Source of the DNA: Candidatus Woesearchaeota archaeon
GTDB lineage: Archaea > Nanobdellota > Nanobdellia > Pacearchaeales > GW2011-AR1
Direction of reading: 5' to 3'
NCBI GenBank assembly: GCA_964576755.1
Contig: CAZNUV010000004.1
Span: forward strand, 740-64,739
DNA: 64,000 nt
Shown: in pieces, positions 56,162 to 64,000 of the stretch
Layout: every line of letters starts with the position of its first letter
Numbering within the stretch: the first letter of the stretch is position 1
The notes under the pieces: model-generated
The model's input: only the letters and a program-made list of their open reading frames with translations
The model's database searches: none
Told to the model about the DNA's origin: nothing
Position numbers and translations under genes: made by a program

Positions 56162-56204
56162 TTTTTTTCTAAAAGTTTTTAAACTAATAATTGATTTAAT
56201 AAAT

Positions 56205-56645
56205 ATGATAAAGCCTATGAAAATCGTTAAGCCCCATTTATTAGAAATTATTAAGTTAGAAAGAACAGAACAGGGATTATTTCTTCCAAACTCTCCTAAA
56301 AAAGAAACTCTCACAATAGAATCAGCAGTAATTAATTCAGTAGAAATAAATGATATAAAAGATTATTTAGATGCAAATTATGCTAGAAGAAACTTTCCAT
56401 TTGGAATGATTTTAAATCTAAGAGGAAAGAAAATTCCATTTATTACAGAATTTAGAATACCTCATCCAGAAGATATGGTTTACTTTTTAAAATTAGCAGA
56501 ATCGAGATGGCAATTAATAAATGATGGGGATTGGAGAGGATTAAAAAAACAAAAAATAAATTTGCATTATATACCTTCTAATCAGGTTCCAACATATGTT
56601 CCTTCTAAAAATGTTTATGGAATTACTTTCTTAGATAAGCTATAG
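56205..56645 (+). CDS. Hypothetical protein
   Basis: Track ORF 56097-56645 begins inside the att repeat. The ATG at 56205 downstream of TTTTTAAAC is the more plausible start. Confidence 0.4.
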   Translation: MIKPMKIVKPHLLEIIKLERTEQGLFLPNSPKKETLTIESAVINSVEINDIKDYLDANYARRNFPFGMILNLRGKKIPFITEFRIPHPEDMVYFLKLAESRWQLINDGDWRGLKKQKINLHYIPSNQVPTYVPSKNVYGITFLDKL

Positions 56646-56695
56646 GAAACTAGTCCCTTACTTATCCCACACTTCTCCAGTTAGCGGTTAGATGT

Positions 56696-57454
56696 CTATT
56701 GCTTCTTAGCAGATTTCCACATTTCTTCAAAAAAACTTCCATAAGAATCTCTGACTTCCCTACTATCTATTACCACAATTTTAATAGGATTTGTCTTCCA
56801 AATAACAATTACAACTTTATTTCCATAAATCCATGTTGATGTCTCACTTAGATATTTCCAAGATAGATATTTTACATCTCCGACAACTATCTTCTTAGTA
56901 GGATCATTTTTACTTGGATCTGTTGAATTTAAAATTACCCTGCATTTCACCTTCATATTCTTCTTTAACTCTTGTGTCTGAACATAGTACTCCTTGCCGA
57001 AATGCCTTATCATCTCACCTCCCTGACCCATAAAAAGATACTCTTTTTTAGTTAAATAAGAATAATCATAAAGATCTTTAAAGAACGACTTAAACCCTGC
57101 ATCACCTATTAAAATTTTAATATTTGGCTTTTCCAAGTATTCTCTCATGCCTTTAATTTCCTTAATCTCTTTTAAACTCTTGTCTAGTTTATCTAGCCTC
57201 TGTTTTTCTTGTTTTATTTTTTCATTAAAAACATTCAAATCAGTTAAGCAGTAATAACCTTTTCCTTCTTTCTGTATAAAACTTAAAAATCCCTTAGCAC
57301 ATAATTTTTGAAGAGAATTGTAGACCGTTCCCCTATGAAGGGTTGTTCTTTCTATTATTTGACCAATTTTAGACTCCTTAAGTAGAAGAATCTCCTTGTA
57401 AATTTTTGCTTCTGTAGGGGTCATCCCAAAGTTAGTAAGAAGATCATTGTCCAT
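56696..57454 (-). CDS. TrmB-family transcriptional regulator
   Basis: ..FGMTPTEAKIYKEILLLKESKIGQIIERTTLHRGTVYNSLQKLCAKGFLS.. is a winged HTH of TrmB type. The internal ATG at 57454 lies about 25-30 nt from ATATATTTTTATAC and is preferred over 57505. Confidence 0.7.
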   Translation of the reverse strand: MDNDLLTNFGMTPTEAKIYKEILLLKESKIGQIIERTTLHRGTVYNSLQKLCAKGFLSFIQKEGKGYYCLTDLNVFNEKIKQEKQRLDKLDKSLKEIKEIKGMREYLEKPNIKILIGDAGFKSFFKDLYDYSYLTKKEYLFMGQGGEMIRHFGKEYYVQTQELKKNMKVKCRVILNSTDPSKNDPTKKIVVGDVKYLSWKYLSETSTWIYGNKVVIVIWKTNPIKIVVIDSREVRDSYGSFFEEMWKSAKKQ

Positions 57455-57607
57455 GATAACCCATATTTCTAGAGTATAAAAATATATCTTTTTTGTCGCC
57501 GTCATTTACGGTAGCCTTTGTTTAAATAAAAAATAATTTAATAGAATGGTATGGTAAAAATAAATACTAAGGAAAACAATTAAAATTAAATTTGGAAAAT
57601 AGAAAAA

Positions 57608-58297
57608 ATGAATCTAAAAAAACAAAATAAAGTTAAAATTGAGCTTTCTACTATAGATACTCCATTTACAAAAGATACCCAATATGATATAATCGGTTTG
57701 TTCTTAGCAATAGTTGTAGGTATAACTAGCTTTTACATTTCAAGACCAGAAGGAATTCTAGAATGGTCTCTTAAATTGTTAGAATTCTTAGGTATACTAT
57801 TTGCAGGATGGGCCATTGGATTAATGTTAAACAAGTTTGATCAAAATAGGATCAGTCAAAAAGAAAAACAGATTCTAGAAGAAAGAGCAAAATCTCATCA
57901 TTTAAGTTTAAATAAATATTTATCTAAAACATTAGAAGATATTACAAAACCAATAAGAAAGTGGGCAGATAAGAATAAAATAGAGTATAATTACTTAACA
58001 TATAGTAATTATAAACATACCTTAGATTTCCATAACTTTCCAATAGATTATATTGATTTTCAGGTTATTGATTACCATCTAGAGTTTATAATTAGGATGC
58101 ATAATTCAGAATATATTAAAAGAATATTAAAATATCTTCTTAATTCAGAGCTTAAATTAGTTCTAACTTTAGATAATTATCATTTCGGAAATCATCCTAA
58201 GGAAAAAATAGAACAAAGAGCAATTGAAAGAATAAAAAAAACACTTATAGAATCTATCCTAAACCCAAGTTATTCAATTAAAGCCCATTTATTTTAG
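57608..58297 (+). CDS. Membrane-anchored hypothetical protein
   Basis: 229 aa with two TM segments near the N-terminus. Confidence 0.4.
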   Translation: MNLKKQNKVKIELSTIDTPFTKDTQYDIIGLFLAIVVGITSFYISRPEGILEWSLKLLEFLGILFAGWAIGLMLNKFDQNRISQKEKQILEERAKSHHLSLNKYLSKTLEDITKPIRKWADKNKIEYNYLTYSNYKHTLDFHNFPIDYIDFQVIDYHLEFIIRMHNSEYIKRILKYLLNSELKLVLTLDNYHFGNHPKEKIEQRAIERIKKTLIESILNPSYSIKAHLF

Positions 58298-58373
58298 TTG
58301 CTTTTTTTAGGGGTGGACAGGTTTTTTTTCTGTAAGAGAAATATTTATAAACTAGTATATACCTAGTATATAC

Positions 58374-59150
58374 ATGGATAATCAAGAACAGATAACTAGG
58401 ATGGTCAAGTCATTTGGAAATGGAGCACATGTTTTTGTTCCGAAAGATTGGGCTGGAGAACAAATCCAAATAATAAAACCTGCAAAAAAGAGTTTAAGAG
58501 AAAGAATACTTTTAGAGTTAGACCCTTATTTAGACTCAATTGAGGGGGTTTATTTGTATGGATCTAATGCTCGAAGTGAACAAGTATTAGATTCTGACAT
58601 AGACTTATTTGTTATAACTAATAAAAAGATAAAAATTAACTCTAAGGGTTTTGAGATATTATGTTTAAAACAAGAGGATATAGAAAAAGCAGTAAAGATT
58701 GAGCCCTTGCTTATGTATTCTATTTTCTCAGAGTGCCAAACTATAATTAATTCTAAACTAATTGAAAGTATTAAGGCAAACTATGAACCTAACCTCAAAG
58801 ATTTTAAGATTTTTCTAGAAGACTCTAAAAGAATGATTAAAGTAAGTGAAGAATTTTTACAATCAGAAAACTCGGATTATGTTTCTGGAGATGCAGTAAT
58901 TTATTCAATTGTTCTTAGGCTTAGGGGGTTATTTATAATACACTCTTTATTAAAGGGGAAAAAATACTCAACTGATTTGTTCAAAAAGTGGGTTAAAAGT
59001 AATCTATCTCCAACTGATTTTGACTTAATTTATGGGGCCTATAGAAGCTCGAAGAATGAAAAAAAGTTTAAACAAAAAATAAAAGTGAAAGACCTAAGAT
59101 TATTACTAAACTTTTTAAACAAGGAGATTATAAAATTAATAGATGGTTAA
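58374..59150 (+). CDS. Nucleotidyltransferase (MNT-type) with N-terminal AbrB/DUF2080-like module
   Basis: ..KSFGNGAHVFVPKDWAGEQIQII.., then ..VYLYGSNARSEQVLDSDIDLFVI.. (the GS..DxD NTase motif). Confidence 0.7.
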   Translation: MDNQEQITRMVKSFGNGAHVFVPKDWAGEQIQIIKPAKKSLRERILLELDPYLDSIEGVYLYGSNARSEQVLDSDIDLFVITNKKIKINSKGFEILCLKQEDIEKAVKIEPLLMYSIFSECQTIINSKLIESIKANYEPNLKDFKIFLEDSKRMIKVSEEFLQSENSDYVSGDAVIYSIVLRLRGLFIIHSLLKGKKYSTDLFKKWVKSNLSPTDFDLIYGAYRSSKNEKKFKQKIKVKDLRLLLNFLNKEIIKLIDG

Positions 59151-59328
59151 AAGAGAAAAAAGACTTGAAAAGGGAATAGCATCTTTAGAAGAACAGAAAA
59201 AGATTCATGAGACAAAGAGAAAAAATGCTGAAGACCTTGGAGAAGAAGATTTAGTAAGATATTATGACAAGGAAATAAAGAAGTTTGAAAGTGAAAAGTT
59301 AAAGAAACAAGATAAACTACTCAAATAA
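59143..59328 (+). CDS. Small K/E-rich coiled-coil protein
   Basis: 61 aa. Overlaps the upstream gene by 8 nt. Confidence 0.35.
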   Translation: MVKREKRLEKGIASLEEQKKIHETKRKNAEDLGEEDLVRYYDKEIKKFESEKLKKQDKLLK

Positions 59329-59342
59329 TTTTATTTTCTTCC

Positions 59343-59400
59343 CCACCCAATCTCGACAATCCTTATAAATCCCTTTCATCGCACACAACACTGATGGAAA
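59343..59400 (+). repeat. 58-bp repeat, copy 2
   Basis: CCACCCAATCTCGACAATCCTTATAAATCCCTTTCATCGCACACAACACTGATGGAAA. Here the mini-ORF is only 8 codons. Confidence 0.65.
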
Positions 59401-59423
59401 AGGCAATTAAATTAATATGAAAA

Positions 59424-59801
59424 CTAAATAACTTTGATTAACTTTTTTATAATCTCTTTAATATAATTCTCCCTGTTTTTTAAGAATTCTAATGTTATTT
59501 GTTCTCCGTAATAAACAATGTCATTTCTTTTTACTCTCAGTTCATCAATCAGTGATACTTCTTTAGAGGTTAGAGATTTTATATTTTTTGCTGAAAATTC
59601 GATTAAGGATTTATGACTGAGTGTTTTGAAACCACTGGAATACATAAATGAAGTTAAAAGTTCTTTAATTATTTCATAATATTCTTCAAGAATTCTATAG
59701 GGCTCTTTTAATGAAGACATTGTAGAAAATCGATTTTCTGCCATCATCTTTAGGGCTTTTGCCCTTCTCTCATCCTTTGTTATTTTAAATATTTCTTCCA
59801 T
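59424..59801 (-). CDS. HEPN-domain protein (toxin-like partner of the NTase)
   Basis: 125 aa, helical, with ..ELRVKRNDIVYYG... Its ATG overlaps the stop of the upstream NTase gene by 1 nt. Confidence 0.6.
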   Translation of the reverse strand: MEEIFKITKDERRAKALKMMAENRFSTMSSLKEPYRILEEYYEIIKELLTSFMYSSGFKTLSHKSLIEFSAKNIKSLTSKEVSLIDELRVKRNDIVYYGEQITLEFLKNRENYIKEIIKKLIKVI

Positions 59802-60307
59802 TATCTTTCTCCAGATAAAATTGTACCCTGATTTACACTTTCAATTAAACTTTTATCTACTTGATCTTTAAAGATTAGATGAATCTTTCTATTTAAATAT
59901 TTTTCAAAATTCTTTGTATTAAACTTAAAAGTTTTTGAACCTATGAATAAATCTATATCAGAGGTTTCTATATCTTCTCCCTTATCATAGCTTCCAAAGA
60001 GAATTATTGATTTAGGATATTTTTCATTTAATTTTTCTATTATTTTAGAGGATTTAATTAGTATTAAATTTGCAATTTTCTTTTCAAAAATAAATTCAGG
60101 ATTCTCTCTAATGGCCTTATATCCTCTAAAGGGGTCTGATTCTACCTTTTGTATTAATCCTTCATTAATTAGGGTTTTAAGATGTTTTCTTACAGATGTT
60201 GGTGCTAGACTAATTTTCCTAGAAATCTCTTTAATAAAATGAACTTTTGTAGGTTCTATAAAAAATATTTCTGCTACTTTCCAAAGGCTACTTTTTTGTA
60301 TAATCAT
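59801..60307 (-). CDS. wHTH-nucleotidyltransferase (MNT-type antitoxin-like)
   Basis: ..ISLAPTSVRKHLKTLINEGLI.., then ..IILFGSYDKGEDIETSDIDLFIG... Confidence 0.75.
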   Translation of the reverse strand: MIIQKSSLWKVAEIFFIEPTKVHFIKEISRKISLAPTSVRKHLKTLINEGLIQKVESDPFRGYKAIRENPEFIFEKKIANLILIKSSKIIEKLNEKYPKSIILFGSYDKGEDIETSDIDLFIGSKTFKFNTKNFEKYLNRKIHLIFKDQVDKSLIESVNQGTILSGER

Positions 60308-60467
60308 ATATATTTTTGTATCCTTGGGTATATAAATGTTTCTAGTATGCCCTATGTTTCATTCTGTTACCCCTTAGTTGTCGACAAGATTTTTAAATAA
60401 AAGCCACCTAATAGAACAAAGCAAACACAAACGACATCCCTTTAGGATGCATGACTGGGGTCGTGGA

Positions 60468-60517
60468 CGGTTGGGGGCGTCCAGGACTTTTGTGGCTTTC
60501 ATGGGTGGACAGGTTTT
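60468..60517 (+). repeat. att core copy C (one extra G) plus downstream arm
   Basis: CGGTTGGGGGCG followed by TCCAGGACTTTTGTGGCTTTCATGGGTGGACAGGTTTT. The core sits in the loop of TGGACG/CGTCCA (60464-60483). Confidence 0.7.
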
Positions 60518-61084
60518 CAGATTAATTTCTAAAGATTTTTATAGTAACTTCATTTTATTTTGTTATGGGCGTAATCATTAAAACTGCAACATTGAATGAT
60601 TTAAAAAAAGTTCAAGAATTAAATCTTAAGCTCTTTGAAAAAGAGAAACAAGAATACGACCCTTTTTTAGACTTAAAAGGAGTTTTCAGTAAGAAGGGAA
60701 CAAAGTACTATAAGGATAAAATCTCTAAAGATAGCGATTGTGTTTTTGTCGCAGTTATTAATAATACCATTGTCGGTTATTTATGCGGGGGGTTAGCTAA
60801 AACAGGATCTTTCGGACGGCTGTCTAGCATTACTGTTGCGGAAATACAAACCTTTTTTGTTTTAGAAGAATTTAGGTCTTTGGGAATTGGTAAAAAGCTA
60901 TATGATGAGTTCATTAAATGGTGCAAGAAAAAAAATGTTGACAAAGCAAGAATAGATGTCCATTCCCAGAATAAATCCGCAATAAAATTTTATAAAAATA
61001 AAAACTTTAAGGATTATTATTCTACGTTAGAAATAGATTTATAGAAAATTTACAATAAACGCTCAAGGAACGTCGGTTGGGGCG
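60480..61084. mobile_element. att-bounded unit 3 (0.6 kb, single GNAT gene)
   Basis: Lies between att copies C and D. Confidence 0.5.
60565..61044 (+). CDS. GNAT-family N-acetyltransferase
   Basis: ..VGYLCGG.., and ..FFVLEEFRSLGIGKKLYDEFIKWCKKKN.. (the Q/R-x-x-G-x-G/A acetyl-CoA motif). 159 aa. Confidence 0.8.
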   Translation: MGVIIKTATLNDLKKVQELNLKLFEKEKQEYDPFLDLKGVFSKKGTKYYKDKISKDSDCVFVAVINNTIVGYLCGGLAKTGSFGRLSSITVAEIQTFFVLEEFRSLGIGKKLYDEFIKWCKKKNVDKARIDVHSQNKSAIKFYKNKNFKDYYSTLEIDL

Positions 61085-61116
61085 TACGGGACCTTTGTGA
61101 CTTTCATGGGTGGACG
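61074..61116 (+). repeat. att core copy D plus downstream arm
   Basis: CGGTTGGGGCG followed by TACGGGACCTTTGTGACTTTCATGGGTGGACG. It is enclosed by the 13-bp inverted repeat 61042-61054 / 61138-61150. Confidence 0.75.
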
Positions 61117-61185
61117 TTAGAAGTGTTAGGTATTTTGTGTAAATTTTCTAAAAAAGAATGATAGATATTTTGGAAACAAAGCGGT

Positions 61186-61692
61186 TTATTTTTCTAAAAT
61201 AGTCTCTGCTTTATTAATAAAAGAAATGGTTTTTTTTCTAAATGTTGTTATTTTTTCTTCATTAAATAAACTGTTTGTAGAATAATTTGCTTGATGCCTT
61301 TCTTGTTTTAGGTCTGTATAAAACTCTGCATCAGATTTATTTATTGATAATTCTTCAAGTGTTTCTAATTCTTCATAAGAAAAGTTAGAATAGTTTTTGA
61401 TTAGAAATAAAAGCGTAGCCAAATGATTTTTTGAGATGTACCCCTTTTTAGCTAGAAGAGCTAGGCAAGAATGATAAAGAGCATAATAAAGGCCCACAAT
61501 TGCCCAATCATTATAATTTTTATTTTTAATTAGTAGATCTACTAAATTTAGATTGTGTTTTGATTTTTCAAGATGAGCCTGAACCAATCCAGAAGAATGT
61601 TTAGACTTAATTAAGTTTCCTTTGTTCTCATGGAATTTTATCTCTTGATCTAAGAGAATTTTATTATCAAAATAATCTTTAATTTTTTTCAT
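61186..61692 (-). CDS. HEPN-domain protein
   Basis: 168 aa, helical, with ..DLKQERHQANYS... Overlaps the upstream NTase gene by 14 nt. Confidence 0.6.
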   Translation of the reverse strand: MKKIKDYFDNKILLDQEIKFHENKGNLIKSKHSSGLVQAHLEKSKHNLNLVDLLIKNKNYNDWAIVGLYYALYHSCLALLAKKGYISKNHLATLLFLIKNYSNFSYEELETLEELSINKSDAEFYTDLKQERHQANYSTNSLFNEEKITTFRKKTISFINKAETILEK

Positions 61693-62287
61693 TGTTTGTA
61701 TAGTACCTCAAGGTTCCAAATATTGGAAAACCGGTTTCTTTTGCTTGTAAAATTAAATGGTCTTTGGTTGTTTTAAAATTATCTAGGGTTACAAAGAGAA
61801 TGTTTAGTGGGTGGTTAGATTCAGAGTTTATTTTTTTTCTTAAATTTTCTATCTTTTTTTTGATTTCTTGTTCATATTGTCTTTGTAGTTCTTGATTTTC
61901 AAATTTATGCAAGACCACTAATAAATCAATGTCAGAGTCCTCTTTTTCCTGTTTTCTTGAAGAAGAACCAAAAAGAAGAACAAATTCTACCTCTGAAGGG
62001 AGATTTTTTAAGAAGTTTCTTAGGGGTGTTTTAACTTCCACATTTAAATTGTTTAATCTTTCTTTATCTAATAAACTAAAGATTAGAGGTTTGTTTATTG
62101 CTGAAATTCTGTAGTAAACATTTGAAGTTCTTTTATCTTCTTCTATTTGTTTAAATTTTAATAGTTTGTTTATGACATTTTGTATAGAACTATTGGACAA
62201 TTTAGTTAGATTTTTTATTTCTGTGAAGTATAACCATTCTTTTCCACTTTCATAGAATGCCTTGAATATCTTTTCTTTTGCTTCCAT
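61679..62287 (-). CDS. wHTH-nucleotidyltransferase (MNT-type)
   Basis: ..LSNSSIQNVINKLLKFKQI.., then ..FVLLFGSSSRKQEKEDSDIDLLVV... Confidence 0.75.
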   Translation of the reverse strand: MEAKEKIFKAFYESGKEWLYFTEIKNLTKLSNSSIQNVINKLLKFKQIEEDKRTSNVYYRISAINKPLIFSLLDKERLNNLNVEVKTPLRNFLKNLPSEVEFVLLFGSSSRKQEKEDSDIDLLVVLHKFENQELQRQYEQEIKKKIENLRKKINSESNHPLNILFVTLDNFKTTKDHLILQAKETGFPIFGTLRYYTNNEKN

Positions 62288-62319
62288 AATAAATCAATAT
62301 AACTCTTCTTTTTAAATCT

Positions 62320-62355
62320 TGCCATTTATTGGCAGAATATTGCCATTTATTGGCA
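62320..62355. promoter_or_regulatory. Two copies of the palindromic 15-mer TGCCATTTATTGGCA upstream of the NTase/HEPN operon
   Basis: Copies at 62320-62334 and 62341-62355, 21 bp centre to centre, just upstream of the TATA-like TTTAAAAA (minus strand) of the gene starting at 62287. Confidence 0.55.
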
Positions 62356-62401
62356 TTTTTAGTTTTATTGACACATTAATGATACACTCCCCTAGTCACA
62401 G

Positions 62402-62434
62402 CGGTTGGGGCGTACGGGACCTTTGTGATAGTCC
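62402..62434 (+). repeat. att core copy E plus flank
   Basis: CGGTTGGGGCG followed by TACGGGACCTTTGTGATAGTCC. Flanked by CTAGTCACA..TGTGATAG. Confidence 0.75.
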
Positions 62435-63145
62435 TCATTCTTCATATCCAATGATTGTTTGGAGAGTGGTTTTTATTAGGTCTAAATAGGCCTCTGCTTG
62501 TAATCTTAAGGTTTCTAAAGCATCTTCTCCGAGTTCTCCAAAACAAGGAGTCCAAGAAAGTTTATCTTCTGATTTTAAAGAACTGATAATTCTAAATTCA
62601 GCTGGGGCGTGTGCCTTTTCAATACGTGCAAGTCTTATAAGACTATATTTCCCAAAATCATGAATATCTCTATAAAATTCACATAAAGTTTTATTATCTC
62701 TAGTTTTTGGAGCATTTCTTGTATTTTCTTGTATTTTCTTAAGATCAATAGCGCCTCCATCTTTTTTATTTCCGTAAAAACACTGTAGCATCCTATTGGT
62801 ACTTTCTGCAAGACAATTTGCTTCAAGACAAGTTTCAGTAAATAATTTTGTTAAAAGGTGATAGTCTTTTTCAGATCTTGCAGTATGTCTTTTTGAAGTT
62901 ACTTCATTAGCAGTCTTCTCAAATTCTCTGTATTTTCTAACAATATTGTCAGTTACTTCAACAGATTTTTCTAAATGTTTTTCATATGATGGAATAATCT
63001 GTAGATGGCTCATCTTGTTTGGAAGAGAGTTATAACTAGGATTACTTCTATGATTATGAACTCTATTTGAGTATTCTCTTCTTTTGATTTCATCTGCAAG
63101 TACTTCAACTTCTTCCAGAGTCTTTTCTAAATTTATATTTGCCAT
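62435..63145 (-). CDS. Hypothetical protein
   Basis: 236-aa ORF whose stop codon abuts att copy E. Confidence 0.45.
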   Translation of the reverse strand: MANINLEKTLEEVEVLADEIKRREYSNRVHNHRSNPSYNSLPNKMSHLQIIPSYEKHLEKSVEVTDNIVRKYREFEKTANEVTSKRHTARSEKDYHLLTKLFTETCLEANCLAESTNRMLQCFYGNKKDGGAIDLKKIQENTRNAPKTRDNKTLCEFYRDIHDFGKYSLIRLARIEKAHAPAEFRIISSLKSEDKLSWTPCFGELGEDALETLRLQAEAYLDLIKTTLQTIIGYEE

Positions 63146-63322
63146 CTTATTATTTGGAATTAAAGAAACCTTTTAAATCTTTCTATTTGTTACTACTAGA
63201 AAGTGTTCATATTACTCTATTTTAAGTTCTTTATCTAATGTAGATATTCTTGAAGAAATAACAAGATTGTTCTACAGATAAACTAGAAAATTTTTATTTG
63301 ATGACACACTATTAAGACATTA

Positions 63323-63877
63323 TTATCCAACATGACTAATCACAAAAAATAAGAAAAAGAAAACAACCACATGTCTAAGCATCCTAACAATTAATGTTTC
63401 TGCAATATGTAATTTGGAATTCATTTTGAAAACCCCTGCAATTGTTGGAAGATAGGGTATCGGAGAAATAGCCATAATTATCATCATATTCCTTCCATAT
63501 TTTTTAAAGAACAATTTATATTTTTTTACATTTTCTTTAGGAAAATATTTTAAAATCTTTTCTCCAGAAAAATAACCTAAATAAAAATAAAATACATTTC
63601 CTACTAATGCCGATAAAATAAATAAAAATAAAATAAGCCAAGGATTAAAGACGCCCATTGCCAATATCGCTAAAACAGAAACACTCGGCCCTAAAAAAAG
63701 AGGCATACCTTCTAGGAGAATTACAAAAATGACCATAATAGTCAATCCCCCAAACATAACTAACTTTGTGACTTCTTTACTTAGAATTTTATAATTAATC
63801 AAACTCCAGATTAGTAATAAAAGAATAATAATATTCAGACTAAACATTAAAAACTTCACCACTCTCTTTTTAATCAT
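63323..63877 (-). CDS. DedA/VTT-domain membrane protein
   Basis: ..FYFYLGYFSGEKILKYF.. and ..AISPIPYLPTIAGVFKM.. resemble the DedA re-entrant motifs. Polytopic. Confidence 0.55.
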   Translation of the reverse strand: MIKKRVVKFLMFSLNIIILLLLIWSLINYKILSKEVTKLVMFGGLTIMVIFVILLEGMPLFLGPSVSVLAILAMGVFNPWLILFLFILSALVGNVFYFYLGYFSGEKILKYFPKENVKKYKLFFKKYGRNMMIIMAISPIPYLPTIAGVFKMNSKLHIAETLIVRMLRHVVVFFFLFFVISHVG

Positions 63878-64000
63878 TAATTAGAGAACTAATCTAATTA
63901 TTTAAATTTATTTAAATAAAATTTTCTCTTGTCATAAATATGATTACTAATATCAATAAAATACATTAAAATAATAAATAAAAAATTAAATTGTTTAATT

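Larger units (their letters stand above)
56136..60479. mobile_element. att-bounded unit 2 (4.3 kb, no recombinase; probably composite)
   Basis: Lies between att copies B and C. Contains a TrmB regulator, a membrane protein, an AbrB-NTase and a HEPN/NTase pair, plus internal junction-like fragments at 58311 and 59343. Confidence 0.5.
61085..62412. mobile_element. att-bounded unit 4 (1.3 kb, HEPN/NTase pair only)
   Basis: Lies between att copies D and E. Confidence 0.5.

Noticed and set aside
56097-56204. N-terminal 36 codons of track ORF 56097-56645
   Set aside because: This part is encoded by the att core and arm repeat (..PVGSVGAYGQSVPFHG..). A start at 56205 behind a TATA-like box is more plausible.
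60378-60581. 67-aa ORF (MSTRFLNKSH..) in the ORF track
   Set aside because: It starts at TTG and runs straight through att copy C and its conserved arm. Its G/R-rich composition reflects the repeat. The real gene (GNAT) starts at 60565.
56087-62434. CRISPR array or classical integron as the explanation for the recurring GC-rich sites
   Set aside because: It is not CRISPR: the spacings are 0.6-4.3 kb and are filled with genes, and the repeats extend into non-identical arms. It is not a classical integron as far as I can see: the core GTTGGGG does not fit the GTTRRRY/RYYYAAC attC pair, the sites derive from a tRNA 3' end, and the only integrase is 27 kb away. The functional analogy is kept as a hypothesis in the findings.

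Overview
This is a visibly AT-rich archaeal sequence. The gene content looks DPANN-like: L7Ae-S28e-L24e, S6e, S10, aIF2-gamma, aIF5B, Kae1, a bacterial-type gyrB/gyrA pair, and many small membrane or hypothetical proteins. The lineage call is my inference.

Positions 1-29.2 kb are ordinary chromosome. They hold translation and replication genes, UppP, a U32 peptidase, a thioredoxin-CcdA fusion, a GlcD/GlcF-like oxidoreductase cluster, a truncated dph2 remnant and a class-II tRNA with an apparent AGA anticodon.

At tRNA-Asp(GTC) (29264-29335) the character changes. A 26.8-kb integrated element (29336-56135) begins with a tyrosine integrase. It is bounded by a direct repeat of the tRNA 3' end plus inverted arm sites. 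It carries:
- three DNA methyltransferases of different classes
- a DGQHR (DndB/ParB-like) protein
- a type II R-M pair
- a minimal VirB2/VirB6/VirB3-VirB4 module with no relaxase or coupling protein
- a four-gene operon of B12-radical-SAM, nucleoside-deoxyribosyltransferase-like, HAD and wHTH proteins
- an operon of very large Cys-rich, sequon-rich surface proteins

Downstream (56.1-62.4 kb) the tRNA 3'-end sequence recurs three more times. These copies delimit short integrase-less cassettes holding HEPN/nucleotidyltransferase pairs, a GNAT and a TrmB regulator.

I saw no rRNA and no CRISPR array. All calls come from reading the sequence and the ORF track. Motif coordinates were counted by hand, and family assignments are motif-level recognition, not search results.
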